Positions 1 through 10,434 of a stretch of DNA of 32,336 nucleotides are shown here, one piece after another. Within the stretch, counting starts at the first letter, position 1. Every line of letters begins with the position of its first letter. The DNA comes from Macrostomum lignano (Eukaryota). The notes beneath the pieces are model-generated. The model ran no database searches and was not told the origin of the DNA. It worked only from the letters and a program-made list of their open reading frames with translations. A program made the translations under genes and the position numbers. Location of the stretch: assembly GCA_002269645.1 (NCBI GenBank), contig NIVC01003201.1, forward strand, positions 79,636 to 111,971, written 5' to 3'.

Positions 1-972
1 TACTACGACTGTGACGCCCACTGCAGCTTCTAACAATAGCAGTACCGTTGGTACAACAGCGCCTGCTAAAACTCCAGTTAGTCACACTACTGGTAGTAGT
101 AGCGGCGGTGGCGGAGATAGACCAGTCTGTAAATCGCCCGATGACAAATCAAACGAGCTGTCTATACCGCTGCCAGACGGTTCCGGTTGCTTGGAATATT
201 TGTTTGTTGACAAAACGGATTCCGGAGCTAAACAGTCATGGCAGGATGCCAATAATATCTGCCAGAAACACTGGAGCAATGCTGGCCAAATTGGCTTCTA
301 TTGGTTCGATGAACGAATCGAAGGCTGTATTCACATTCTTGAAGCAGTTCAGCGCTGACAAAGTTTGGCTTGGCGCTAGCACCAGTCTGAGCCCGGTTGC
401 TAATGCCTACTCGGCGTGGTCGGACGGTAGTCCCATGCGATTTGCAGATTTTATACCGCTAGATAATCCGCCAGATCAGTCAGTAGATCTAGCCAAGTCT
501 CTATGCGTTGCTATGGAAACCAGGCCGGATTCGAAGTATCCAGGCCAGTTCTGGTCTATGGATTGCAACACTCGCAGGCATTCCTGTGCAAACGTCCAGG
601 CTATTCGATAGACTGTCTACAGCAGCGCCTGAGCCAGCCGGCGGCAAACTTACGCTTGTCCCGACAGCTTCGTAGCCGCGTCGTCACTGATAGCGCCTGC
701 TATCGACTGTTGCCGCAGTTCCATATCCGCAAGCCGAGGCCGAGTGCAAAGCTAGCCATTCCAGTGCTCAGTTGGCCTATCAGACTCAGGCTCAGCTGCA
801 GCGCATGGCCAGCCTCTTAGCGGAGGCCGCTAATCGCGAGTCCTCTTTATTGAATCCACAATCAGCCTGGATTGGATTGGAATTTAAAGCTGGCCTCGAT
901 GGCGGCGTGTTTGGTTGGACAGACGGCCGGCCGGTACTGGCCACGGACTGGGCCGCTTTTGCCGATACTCAG
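1..972 (+). CDS. C-type lectin/kringle receptor, internal exon (5' truncated): Thr/Ser-rich linker, CTLD-1, most of CTLD-2; three apparent 1-nt frameshifts (~289, ~577, ~720)
   Basis: Frame 2 ...SWQDANNICQKHWSNAG joins frame 3 LASIGSMNESKAVFTFLKQFSADKVWLG...WSDGS...DCNTR, then frame 2 AFLCKRP...DSACYRLL, then frame 1 PYPQAEAECKAS...AWIGLE...FGWTDGRP. CTLD motifs (CY, W-x-x-A-x-x-x-C, LASI, WIGL, WxDG) are collinear across the shifts. Donor CAG|gtaagg at 973, phase 0. Confidence 0.8.
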
Positions 973-1407
973 GTAAGGACGACTGCTTGATCTATCAACT
1001 TCACTTAATTCTTAAAGCGCTTCTACAATCAGAAAGCGAAATTTTGTTACAAATTTAATAGGAACGTTTCTAAAAGTACAATGCAACTTTTAGAACCGCT
1101 TCCGAAAGCAGAAAAGCCGGTCTACAAAACGCTACTAGAAGTAGGTTTAGAAATCCGAAATTCTAGTAGCGCTTTTAAAAGCAAACAAACAACAGATATG
1201 AGTCAAGCTCAGATAGAAGCAAACAGTCTAGCTCGAATACAAAATAGAAGCAACACGCGAAAGTTGTTTGTAATTAAGAAATTTAAAGCCTGACTACAAG
1301 GAGTACTCAAGTACTCAAGACCGGAAACTTCGTTTCTTGGAAAATTTTAAAAGGCAGGCTTTTTTACAGCCTGACCTACATACCGACCAACCATTTTTAG
1401 TATGTGG

Positions 1408-1844
1408 AAAAAATTGTTATTGCTTTCGGGATGGGAGGCGGATCCAATGTTGATCTTTTGATATGTTGTGTCTTTCTTATAGTTCTATTGATATTCATAA
1501 AGCTTTTCGGTTAGTTGGGGGAGTCTGTTATTTTTTTATTTTACGTACAATACTACACATGTCCTGTGCCTAAAAACCATTGAAATGGCACGGCTCGGCT
1601 CATTGGTTTTATGAATCTCTTTTATTCTTAGCTAACTGTGTAACAATGTGTGTAACAGAGATGATAAAATAGATTCATAAAACCAGAGTCGAGCTGTGCC
1701 ATTTTAATGGTTTTTAGGCACAAGACATATACAATGTTTTCTGAACATAAAGCTTTATGAATATCAGTAGAACTATAAGAAAGACGCAACATATCTAAAG
1801 ATGAACACTGGACCTGCCTCCTATCGAAAGCAATAACAATTTTT
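1408..1844. repeat. Imperfect long inverted repeat (foldback/MITE-like) in lectin intron
   Basis: 1565-1618 is the reverse complement of 1671-1722, and ~1410-1505 is the reverse complement of ~1750-1843 (about 90% identity by eye). The central loop is ~52 nt. Confidence 0.85.
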
Positions 1845-2588
1845 GTGCTGAAAAAAATGAAAACATATATAGTCATTGATAGCGTATTAAATTTATCTAT
1901 TGACTGAAATCCACTGTTAAATTGCCCCCGTATTGTCGGGTACAAATATGTATTTTCAGAATAACCCAGTGTTCATCAACGCGTAACCTCATAAATTAAT
2001 CACACATACTACTTACCAAGGATAAGTAGTAGAAATTTAATTATAAGTTAACTGTATTTGCCGAACTCCGAGCTATGAGTGTAGAGCAGTAATTGCAATA
2101 GCAATTAGTAATAACGATTATAAAATTTAAATGAATGCCTTGATTGTTTAATGCGCCCCAGTTTGAATGATTATTATTTCTGATTTCATTTTTTCCTCAC
2201 AGTTTGTTATAAATGCGAAATTAGATTTGAATTCATAAAGTGACGCAGGTGCACTTTAGACGCAACTCAGTGATTCCACAGCGACTCCAGCACGCCTCAG
2301 ATATGACTCTGTGGCCTGACTGCAATTAACTCATACGCGACTCTTTGACGAATTTTTAGCGACTTGACAACCGGGACGTCTCGTCGTTTTAGAATCGTCT
2401 ACTAGAGTCACTTCTTTCCTATTTTACCTGTGTTACTTAAACGACTCTGAGGCGAATTAAGCGACCTAGGTACCTACTTTGCATCGGGCAATAGATATTG
2501 ACATTATTGCCATTGTCGGCGTTTGATTTGCATGTTTTTTAAAGCAATTATTTGTAGAAATGCTGAAAAGTAATGTAGAATGAAATCG

Positions 2589-3419
2589 ATTGTGAAGTTT
2601 CCAGCTTGTGACTGTGAAGTTTCGAGCCTGTGATTGTGAAGTTTCGAGCCTGTGATTGTGAAGTTTCGAGCCTGTGATTGTGAAGTTTCGAGCCTGTGAC
2701 TGTGAAGTTTCGAGCCTGTGATTGTGAAGTTTCGAGCCTGTGATTGTGAAGTTTCCAGCCTGTGATTGTGAAGTTTCGAGCCTGTGATTGTGAAGTTTCG
2801 AGCCTGTGACTGTGAAGTTTCCAGCCTGTGATTGTGAAGTTTCCAGCCTGTGATTGTGAAGTTTCCAGCCTGTGATTGTGAAGTTTCAAGCCTGTGACTG
2901 TGAAGTTTCGAGCTTGTGATTGTGAAGTTTTGATATTGTGATTGTGAAGTTTTGATATTGTGATTGTGAAGTTTCGAGATTGTGATTGTGAAGTTTCGAG
3001 ATTGTGATTGTGAAGTTTCGAGATTGTGATTGTGAAGTTTTGATATTGTGATTGTGAAGTTTTGATATTGTGATTGTGAAGTTTTGATATTGTGATTGTG
3101 AAGTTTCGAGATTGTGATTGTGAAGTTTCGAGATTGTGATTGTAAAGTTTCGAGATTGTGATTGTAAAGTTTCGAGCTTGTGATTGTGAAGTTTCGAGAT
3201 TGTGATTGTGAAGTTTCGAGATTTGATTGTGAAGTTTCGAGATTTTGATTGTGAAGTTTCGAGATTGTGATTGTGAAGTTTCGAGATTGTGATTGTGAAG
3301 TTTCGAGATTGTGATTGTGAAGTTTCGAGATTGTGATTGTGAAGTTTCGAGATTTTGATTGTGAAGTTTCGAGATTTTGATTGTGAAGTTTCGAGATTGT
3401 GATTGTGAAGTTTCGAGCT
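2589..3419. repeat. 22-bp tandem array (TGTGATTGTGAAGTTTCGAGCC / ...GAGAT), ~38 units
   Basis: Period 22 counted directly. The unit variant changes near 2930. Confidence 0.97.
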
Positions 3420-3561
3420 TCTAAAAAACAGTTGTAGACGGATTTTACTTCACAGAGCGGCCTTATACTTTAGTAGTATATATTCGTTGAATATTGATTT
3501 AAATCAACACTCTTTGTTTAGTCTTTGTTCGACAACCGTGTATTTATAAACATCAATCTAG

Positions 3562-4769
3562 AAATACGACTGCGTACGGCTCAGTAGCAGCCCCTACTGG
3601 TGGCTATCCGGCCACATGAGCACCGAGCAGTGCTCAAAGAAACTTCGCCCACTCTGTCGAGTCAGCGGCGTACCCGTCGCGGTCGCCCCTCCGGCATCTT
3701 CCGCCGGCTGTCCGTCTAAGTTTGCCCGGTTTGGCTCCGCCTGCTACGAATTCAGATCAGCTGACAGCGTTGCCACGTTCGCCGATGCTCAGGCAGCCTG
3801 TAGAAGCCTCAATAGTTCGGCCAGCAGCAGACAGCTACTCGAGCTTGAGCAGGGCGGCTTTGCCCAGTCGGCCGAGTTGCACTTTCTGCGATCAGCTGCC
3901 ATCAGCGTTGGTAGCGAAGTCTGGCTGGGCCTGACCAGCCAAGGAGGCAATTGGAGTTGGCGCTCGGACAGTCGGCCATTGCGCTCCGACCTGCTCTATC
4001 CGGCCGTAGCTGTCGGCCACCTGACGCCTGCCGCCGTCAGCGCCGGGTCCACCGCCGCCAGCTGCTACTCGCTCAGCCTCGGCTGGGGCCTCCGCTCAGC
4101 GACCAACTGCTCAGACAAGTTTGCCTACATCTGCAAACGGTTAGTTGCTGGGCAACCGGCAGTCGCTACGCCAGCACCCGACCCTAACTACTCAACTTGT
4201 CTTCGAAGCCGCAGTCTAGTTGGCGAAGCTCGCGACGGTCGAGCCTGTATCCGCTGGGACGTGGCTCTGGCGACTCGTCGAAGCTCATTGGGCGCGACAG
4301 CGTTTGTCGCCAAGACCGACGCAGCCGCCGCGGACAGACTGAAGGCGAATGAATTTGTTAGCGAAACTGTGGGCTCTGCGGCTGCTTATTGCCGCAATGT
4401 GTCTTCTGTCGGTGTTGGATCTTCGCCAGTCTGCTTTGTGACTGCGGCTCAATCGCCAGCGCTGCAACTTCAATTGGCCTATTGTAGCCTGCCTCAGTGC
4501 TTTGCAACGCCAACAACGCCTACTAGCTCGGGGAATAGCGGCAACGCGACATATTCGTCGACGACGTTGTGGCGGTCGCCGTCGTGCTGGCTCTGTGCAG
4601 CGCAGCGGCTCTGGCCGGTCTGATTGTCATCGGGGTCCGTCTGTGGCGCCGCGGCCGCTGGGCTGCCGGCTACCGGCCGCAGCTCAATCTGGACGCCGCC
4701 ACGGGATTGGCTGCCGGCGGTGGCGGCACCTCCTTTCACAATCCGATCTACATGCCGGCTAATTGCTGA
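3562..4769 (+). CDS. C-type lectin/kringle receptor, last exon: end of CTLD-2, CTLD-3, kringle, TM helix, FHNPIY tail; one frameshift at ~4561-4568
   Basis: Acceptor tctag|AAA at 3561 (phase 0) completes CTLD-2 (KYDCVRL...CSKKLRPLCR). CTLD-3 runs CPSKFARFGSACY...VWLGL...FAYICKR. Kringle has six Cys at 4198-4500. A shift to frame 3 gives the TM segment VAVAVVLALCSAAALAGLIVIGV followed by RLWRR, then FHNPIY and TGA at 4767-4769. Confidence 0.8.
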
Positions 4770-4941
4770 GCTTTGGTTGCCTGAAATTCGACATTTTTTT
4801 ATTACTAGCAGCTGAAAGCTTAAGTTTAGTTTTTTTAGTTTTGCGCCGTAATCAAGCTGTACTTTTTTGTTTTAACTCGTCGCATCTGTCCTCTTTATAC
4901 TCACGTCAATTAACCTTAGTAACGGCTTACAAGGTTTGGAT

Positions 4942-5530
4942 GACATCAAGCCGCCTAGCAACGGGGAAGTTTACTTTGGTAACGGCTATTCTGTCCTCAG
5001 ATAAGAGATTTCCTTAGACATCAAGCCGCCTAGCAACGGGGAAGTTTACTTTGGTAACGGCTATTCTGTCCTCAGATAAGAGATTTCCTTAGACATCAAG
5101 CCGCCTAGCAACGGGGAAGTTTACTTTGGTAACGGCTATTCTGTCCTCAGATAAGAGATTTCCTTAGACATCAAGCCGCCTAGCAACTGGGAAGTTTACT
5201 TTGGTAACGGTTATTCTATTCTCAGATAATCGATTTCCTTAGACATTAAGCCGCCTAGCAACGGGGAAGTTTACCTTGGTAACGGTTATTCTATTCTCAG
5301 ATAATCGATTTCCTTAGACATCAAGCCGCCTAGCAACGGGGAAGTTTACTTTGGTAACGGTTATTCTATTCTCAGATAATCGATTTCCTTAGACATCAAG
5401 CCGCCTAGCAACGGGGAAGTTTACCTTGGTAACGGCTATTCTATCCTCAGATAAGAGATTTCCTTAGACATCAAGCCGCCTAGCAACGGGGAAGTTTACG
5501 TTGGTAACGGTTATTGTATTAGCAGATAAC
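4942..5530. repeat. 75-bp tandem array, ~8 units, just 3' of the lectin stop
   Basis: GACATCAAGCCGCCTAGCAAC recurs at 4942, 5017, 5092 and onward at period 75, with no unique spacers. Confidence 0.97.
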
Positions 5531-6232
5531 AAGGCTTCATAGATTAGGCGAGTCCAAGCTGCCTAGCAACAGAATAGTTTACATTAATAACCAATAAACT
5601 AACTTGATCAGCTTGTGTAGCTCTCCCCCGCCCTTTTTTCATTCCTTTGTTTCTGACAAAGCTCTACAAAAATCATATCGGTCTGTTTGTTTCTGTCTTA
5701 TTATCCTGCAAATCGTTTCGTATAACTGGATGTCTTTTGTCTTTTTAGTTCATACAATCACGGAATGCGTGACCTGAATTGACCCTGATACTACTAACCC
5801 AACTAAGAGTAGCTAGGAATTTTTGGTAGAGATCGACTATGTTTTATATTTGTGTCTGTCAGTTTGTCAGTAGTATATAGTAGTATATAAGCATATATTC
5901 AGCACTCCGGTGGCCGATATAAACCGAATGGAACCGAGTTTTGCATTGCTATGTTATCCAGGTATACTTATTATATTTAATATTATTGCTGTCCTGACTG
6001 TGCGTCTTTCTGCTCTCTGTGTTCTAAATGTCTGCACTAATTAATCCCTTAAAATCATATTTAAGTTATTGTATTGTTGTCTTTTTAACAAAAAATTAAT
6101 CAAACCAACTAACTCTGCGTAAGTTTTCCGTTTGTGCTAAAATCTTCAATTACGCGTTCAACAGTGGTTATTCAGAAGTGCAGAGCTCAAACCTCTGAGA
6201 CCAAGTTTATTATTTTGATGCCTATTTTTACA

Positions 6233-6556
6233 TACGAGGGGTGTTGATAAGCGACAATTGGTTTATAAAAGTATTTGAAAGCATTTGCCATAGACAACTT
6301 GCGGATTGAATATCAACGTGATAGATAAAAAAAATGATAGAAAAAATCCTTCCGACTTATGAAATCAAAGGAGAGCCAACGGCAAGAGTGACGATCATAA
6401 TGAGTGATAATTTAAATTTCCAATTTTTTTGATAAAACCCATGGGTTTCTGTTTTACCATTCAGCAGATGTGCAAGGAGTTTTGACTAAAATTTCAGCTT
6501 GGTTTGACAATTGTTGTCGCTAACAGTCAACACAAACTGTTGCAACAGCCCTCGTA
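6233..6556. mobile_element. Non-autonomous Tc1/mariner-type element (MITE), ~320 bp
   Basis: Left end TA|CGAGGGGTGTTG and right end CAACAGCCCTCG|TA give a 12-bp TIR with 1 mismatch and TA on both flanks. A subterminal GCGACAA (6251) is mirrored by TTGTCGC (~6513). No ORF. Confidence 0.7.
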
Positions 6557-7335
6557 TATTTGTGTGTTTTTTGGTTTGTTGAAAGTAATAAATCTAAGAA
6601 ACTATTGCACACACACAGGTAAGAAACAACTATTTCGCACAGCACAATTATGATTTGTTCTTTTCTCGCACGCGTCTCATGTTTTCTTGTTCTCGTACTA
6701 TTATTATTATTATTGTTATTATTAATACGGTGTCGCCTTCTGGCTTGCTTATTTCAATCACTAGTGTAGTAAGGTAATTAGGTTAGGTATATAGAAGGGT
6801 AGGTGGGTAGAGAGAGAGCATTTTAGATAGCAGTGTTACACATACCGTATCGGCCATTTGGCATTTTCTGGTTAGCCATAGTAATAATCATTACATGCGC
6901 TAATTTCCATATGACTGCATCTTCCGTATCTATCTATATTATAATAATATCGGTGCCGCCGTGCTAGATAGAGATAAGAGGCTTCCTGTTTCGGCCATAT
7001 CCGCCTCGGGGCTTTGCCATCATTAGCGTTCCAAGTTCCGGTCAAGTGGGGATCTACCTTTCCTTAGGTGGCTCTTTTCTCCCCTTCTTGTTGCTGCCAT
7101 GATTGCTGCCCTCTCCCGCTGTTTCTGTACTTACAGTCTGGTAGGGGCGAGTTATCGAAAGTCAAGAAGACAGGTTTAAACAGGCTGCTCCTACCTAGAC
7201 TAATGTGTGCTTCTTTTTTTCAACTATCGCTTTTTGTTGGTTCCGTGTTCACTAGCTAGTATTAATATCGAGGTTTAATTGAAATAAATTAGAATTTTTC
7301 TCATTCCTGCCGCAACTGCATTGCCCTTATCTGGC

Positions 7336-7360
7336 CTCTCTCTCTCTCTCTCTCTCTCTT
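7336..7360. repeat. (CT)n microsatellite
   Basis: Direct reading. Confidence 0.9.
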
Positions 7361-7479
7361 TGCCAATTCCACTTCCATCTGGCCTAAGCTGCTGCCTAAG
7401 CCCACTTCCATTGCCCTCAATCTCGCCCTCTGCCATTATTGTATCCCCAGCTTTGCCCAACGGACGCCTCTATCAAATC

Positions 7480-7768
7480 TCGCATCGTTGAAAACTGAAT
7501 GGTTGCCCAGGCGCAGGGGAATCGGTGGAGAGAGAGAGAGGCGGCTCCTCTCCCTCCCTTCCTTCCCTTGCCCGTTGATAACCGATAGTTAAAATGCGCG
7601 CTGCACTCGCTCGCTGCTGCTTTCCCAACTCTGCCTTTGCGCTGGCCTGTTTTTTCCAGATCTCCCTTTTTTTCTACCTATTTCGCTCTTTTCGATCCGA
7701 AAAACAATATATAAGGACTATTTTTTGGTATAGTTAAAATACGGTTGCTTATCGTCTTTTGTGTAAGT
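7480..7768 (+). promoter_or_regulatory. Putative Vav promoter / non-coding first exon
   Basis: GA/CT-rich tracts, TATATAAG at 7708-7715, a consensus donor gtaagt at 7763, and a matching acceptor tgcag| at 8312 just upstream of GCAGCCATG (8342). Positional inference only. Confidence 0.3.
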
Positions 7769-7935
7769 TTGGGGGACATGATTATTTGCATTGCAATGTT
7801 CTCTTTCGAATTGGTATTGTTAAGTCGCGTGTAGCCTTTAGTATTATTAGTATTAGATAGGCAATCTAGGGCAATTTTGTGCTGTCATACCCACGGTCTG
7901 AGGACAAGCCAACTTCAATCTTCAGCTGGAGCCTA

Positions 7936-8286
7936 AGCATCAGATCAGGGGATGGCAGCATCAGATTAAAGGATGTCAGTAGCCACTGAAGCATTTGATC
8001 AGGGGATGTCAGCATTAGATTAGGGGATGTCAGCAGCCACTGAAGCATCAGATCAGGGGGATGTCAGCAGCCACTGAAGCATCAGATCAGGGGATGTCAG
8101 CAGCCACTGAAGCATCAGATCAGGGGATGTCAGCAGCCACTGAAGCATCAGATCAGGGGATGTCAGCAGCCACTGAAGCATCAGATCAGGGGGTGTCAGC
8201 AGCCACTGAAGCATCAGATCAGGGGGGTGTCAGCAGCCACTGAAGCATCAGATCAGGGGATGTCAGCAGCCACTGAAGCATCAGAT
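7936..8286. repeat. 33-bp tandem array (ATGTCAGCAGCCACTGAAGCATCAGATCAGGGG), ~10 units
   Basis: Period 33. It ends ~25 nt before the putative acceptor at 8312. Confidence 0.95.
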
Positions 8287-8341
8287 AAATAAAAATGAAT
8301 GAATGATTGCAGAGCTGCCCAGCCAGCCCCAGTCCGCAGCC

Positions 8342-8557
8342 ATGATGCCAGCCGTTGACAAGTTCGGCGGCGCCGATGCCGAATGGCGAATGTGCGCCGA
8401 CTGGTTGCTCCGCTGTCTGGCCTCCTGCCCGGATATACTCGCCCAAGCTCAGTCCGTGCTGGTTGATACGCCAGGTGCCACGGTGGTTGACCTGCTGAAC
8501 TGCCTGACCGACGGTGTGCTGCTGTGTCATATTCTGCCTGCGATCAGCTCCCAGCAG
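8342..8557 (+). CDS. vav: Vav guanine nucleotide exchange factor, coding exon 1 (CH domain N-half)
   Basis: EWRMCADWL...LTDGVLLCHIL matches the Vav N-terminus (LWRQCTHWL...LRDGVLLCQLL). Donor CAG|gtgggc. An alternative in-frame ATG lies at 8303. Confidence 0.9.
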
Positions 8558-8694
8558 GTGGGCGATAATTTAGTTATAAAATTAACCTTTAAATCTAAAT
8601 TAATAGAAGTGCAGTGGCTTTTAATTTTATTAATAAGCAGGCTTCATTATCCTAATTATCTCATTCTAATCCTCGCAGCAGCGGCCCGTACCTG

Positions 8695-9560
8695 AATCCC
8701 ATACTTAAAATCCCATTCTCAAAATTCCATTCCCTGGAATCCCATACCTAGAATTCCATTCCCTGGAATCTCATACCTAGAATCCAATACCTGGAATCCC
8801 ATTCCCTGAAATCCCATATCTGGAATCCCATTTCCTGGAATCCCATACTTAGAATTCCATTCCCTGGAATCCCATACCTAGAATCCAATACCTGGAATCC
8901 CATTCCCTGAAATCCCATATCTAGAATCCCATTTCCTGGAATCCCATACTTAGAATTCCATTCCCTGGAATCCCATGCCTAGAATCCAATACCTGGAATC
9001 CCATTCCCTGAAATCCCATATCTAGAATCCCATTTCCTGGAATCCCATACTTAGAATTCCATTCCCTGGAATCCCATGCCTAGAATCCAATACCTGGAAT
9101 CCCATTCCCTGAAATCCCATATCTAGAATCCCATTTCCTGGAATCCCATACTTAGAATTCCATTTCCTGGAATCCCATATCTAAAATCCCATACCTGGAA
9201 TCCCATTCCCTAACGTCCCATACCTAGAATCCCATACCTGGAATCCCATTCCCTAACGTCCCATACCTAGAATCCCATACCTGGAATCCCATTCCCTAAC
9301 GTCCCATACCTAGAATCCCATACTTAAAATCCTGTACCTGGAATCCAATACTTTGAATCCCATACCTGGAATCCCATTCCCTAACGTCCCATACCTAGAA
9401 TCCCATACCTGGAATCCCATTCCCTAACGTCCCATACCTAGAATCCCATACTTAAAATCCTGTACCTGGAATCCAATACTTTGAATCCCATACCTAGAAT
9501 CCCATACCTGGAATCCCTTACCTGGACCTGTACCTATCCCAAGTATCCCAAATCCCACTC
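8695..9560. repeat. GGAATCCCATACCT-type ~14-bp satellite with ~101-bp higher-order period (Vav intron 1)
   Basis: ATTCCCTGAAATCCC recurs at 8801, 8902, 9003 and 9104. Confidence 0.95.
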
Positions 9561-9568
9561 CCCCGCAG

Positions 9569-10147
9569 GTGACCCCGGAGCAGCTGCCCGGCTTCAAGCT
9601 GGCCACGCTGAATTCTCAATTCGCCTTCCGCCGGAACCTCAACCTGTTCCTATCGGCTTGTCAGACAGAGTTCGGCCTGTCCCCAGCTGACTTGTTCTCA
9701 CCTGACGACCTGCTCAGCCAAGAGAACGTTGGCAGAATCATTCGCACCCTGTCGCTGCTGTCTAACAGTCCCAGAGCTAAGCAGAGCGGCATTGAAGGCT
9801 TCACGGTTGCTACTAGTAGCAACGGCAATGACGCCGCCGCTGTGACGGACTTATCCTCGGATTATTGCAACCTGATGGCCACGGCCACCGCTAAGAAAAG
9901 CCAGCAGCGGCAGCATCTGGCTGTCCCCACGGCCGCCGATCAGCCTGTTGGCAGCAATTATGTTGACGCCGCGGCTGAGCGAGTCTACGAGACCATCATG
10001 AACAAGACTCTAGTCAGCGGCAATGCTGAGGATGCTGGCGCCAAACGATCAGCTAAGGAGATCTGTATGGAAGAGCTGGTGACCACTGAGCGGACCTATG
10101 TTGAAACTCTGCGACTGTTGGTTGAAGATATTATGCGACCTATGAAG
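9569..10147 (+). CDS. vav: Vav exon 2 (CH C-half, regulatory Tyr region, DH start)
   Basis: Acceptor ccgcag|GTG. NSQFAFRRNLNLFLSAC...FGLSPADLF...LSLLS is the Vav CH domain, ERVYETI resembles the Y174 site, and ICMEELVTTERTYVETL starts the DH domain. Donor AAG|gtgaga. Confidence 0.93.
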
Positions 10148-10199
10148 GTGAGACCCTGCGCCTGATGGTCTTTTGGGTTTTCAGAGTGGTTACACCTGC

Positions 10200-10434
10200 A
10201 ACCGACAGCTCAGCCGCAGCTATTGCGCGGCGCATCTGAAGCTGCGTACGGCTGTTCAGTCCAAGGACCCTCAATTACCCCAGCTAATGCTGGCACCAAT
10301 TTTACAACTGGTTGAACTGAATCAATGCAGAGTTAAGTGTCTTGCTTAAGGACACAAATTGTTCCGAGTGGGATTGGGAAGCGAACCCCCGACCTTTCAG
10401 TCGTGAATCCCGACGCTCTGACAACTAAGCTACA
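10200..10434 (-). mobile_element. tRNA-derived SINE, copy 2 (antisense in Vav intron 2)
   Basis: The reverse complement aligns end-to-end with 26742-26994: tRNA-like head, TGTGTCCTTxAGCAAGACACTT, GGTGCCAGCATTAGCTGGGGTAATTGAGG and CAGATGCGCCGCGCAATAGCTGCGGCTGAGCTGTCGGT. Confidence 0.88.

Noticed and set aside
1081-1945. ORFs 1081-1293 (+) and 1628-1945 (-)
   Set aside because: AT-rich intronic sequence, no recognisable motif; the second overlaps the foldback.
285-4570. Programmed ribosomal frameshifting in the lectin gene
   Set aside because: No slippery heptamers or obvious stimulators, and shifts go in both directions; error or decay is simpler.
4942-5530. CRISPR-like regular repeat
   Set aside because: Units are contiguous near-identical 75-mers with no unique spacers; no cas genes; eukaryotic context.
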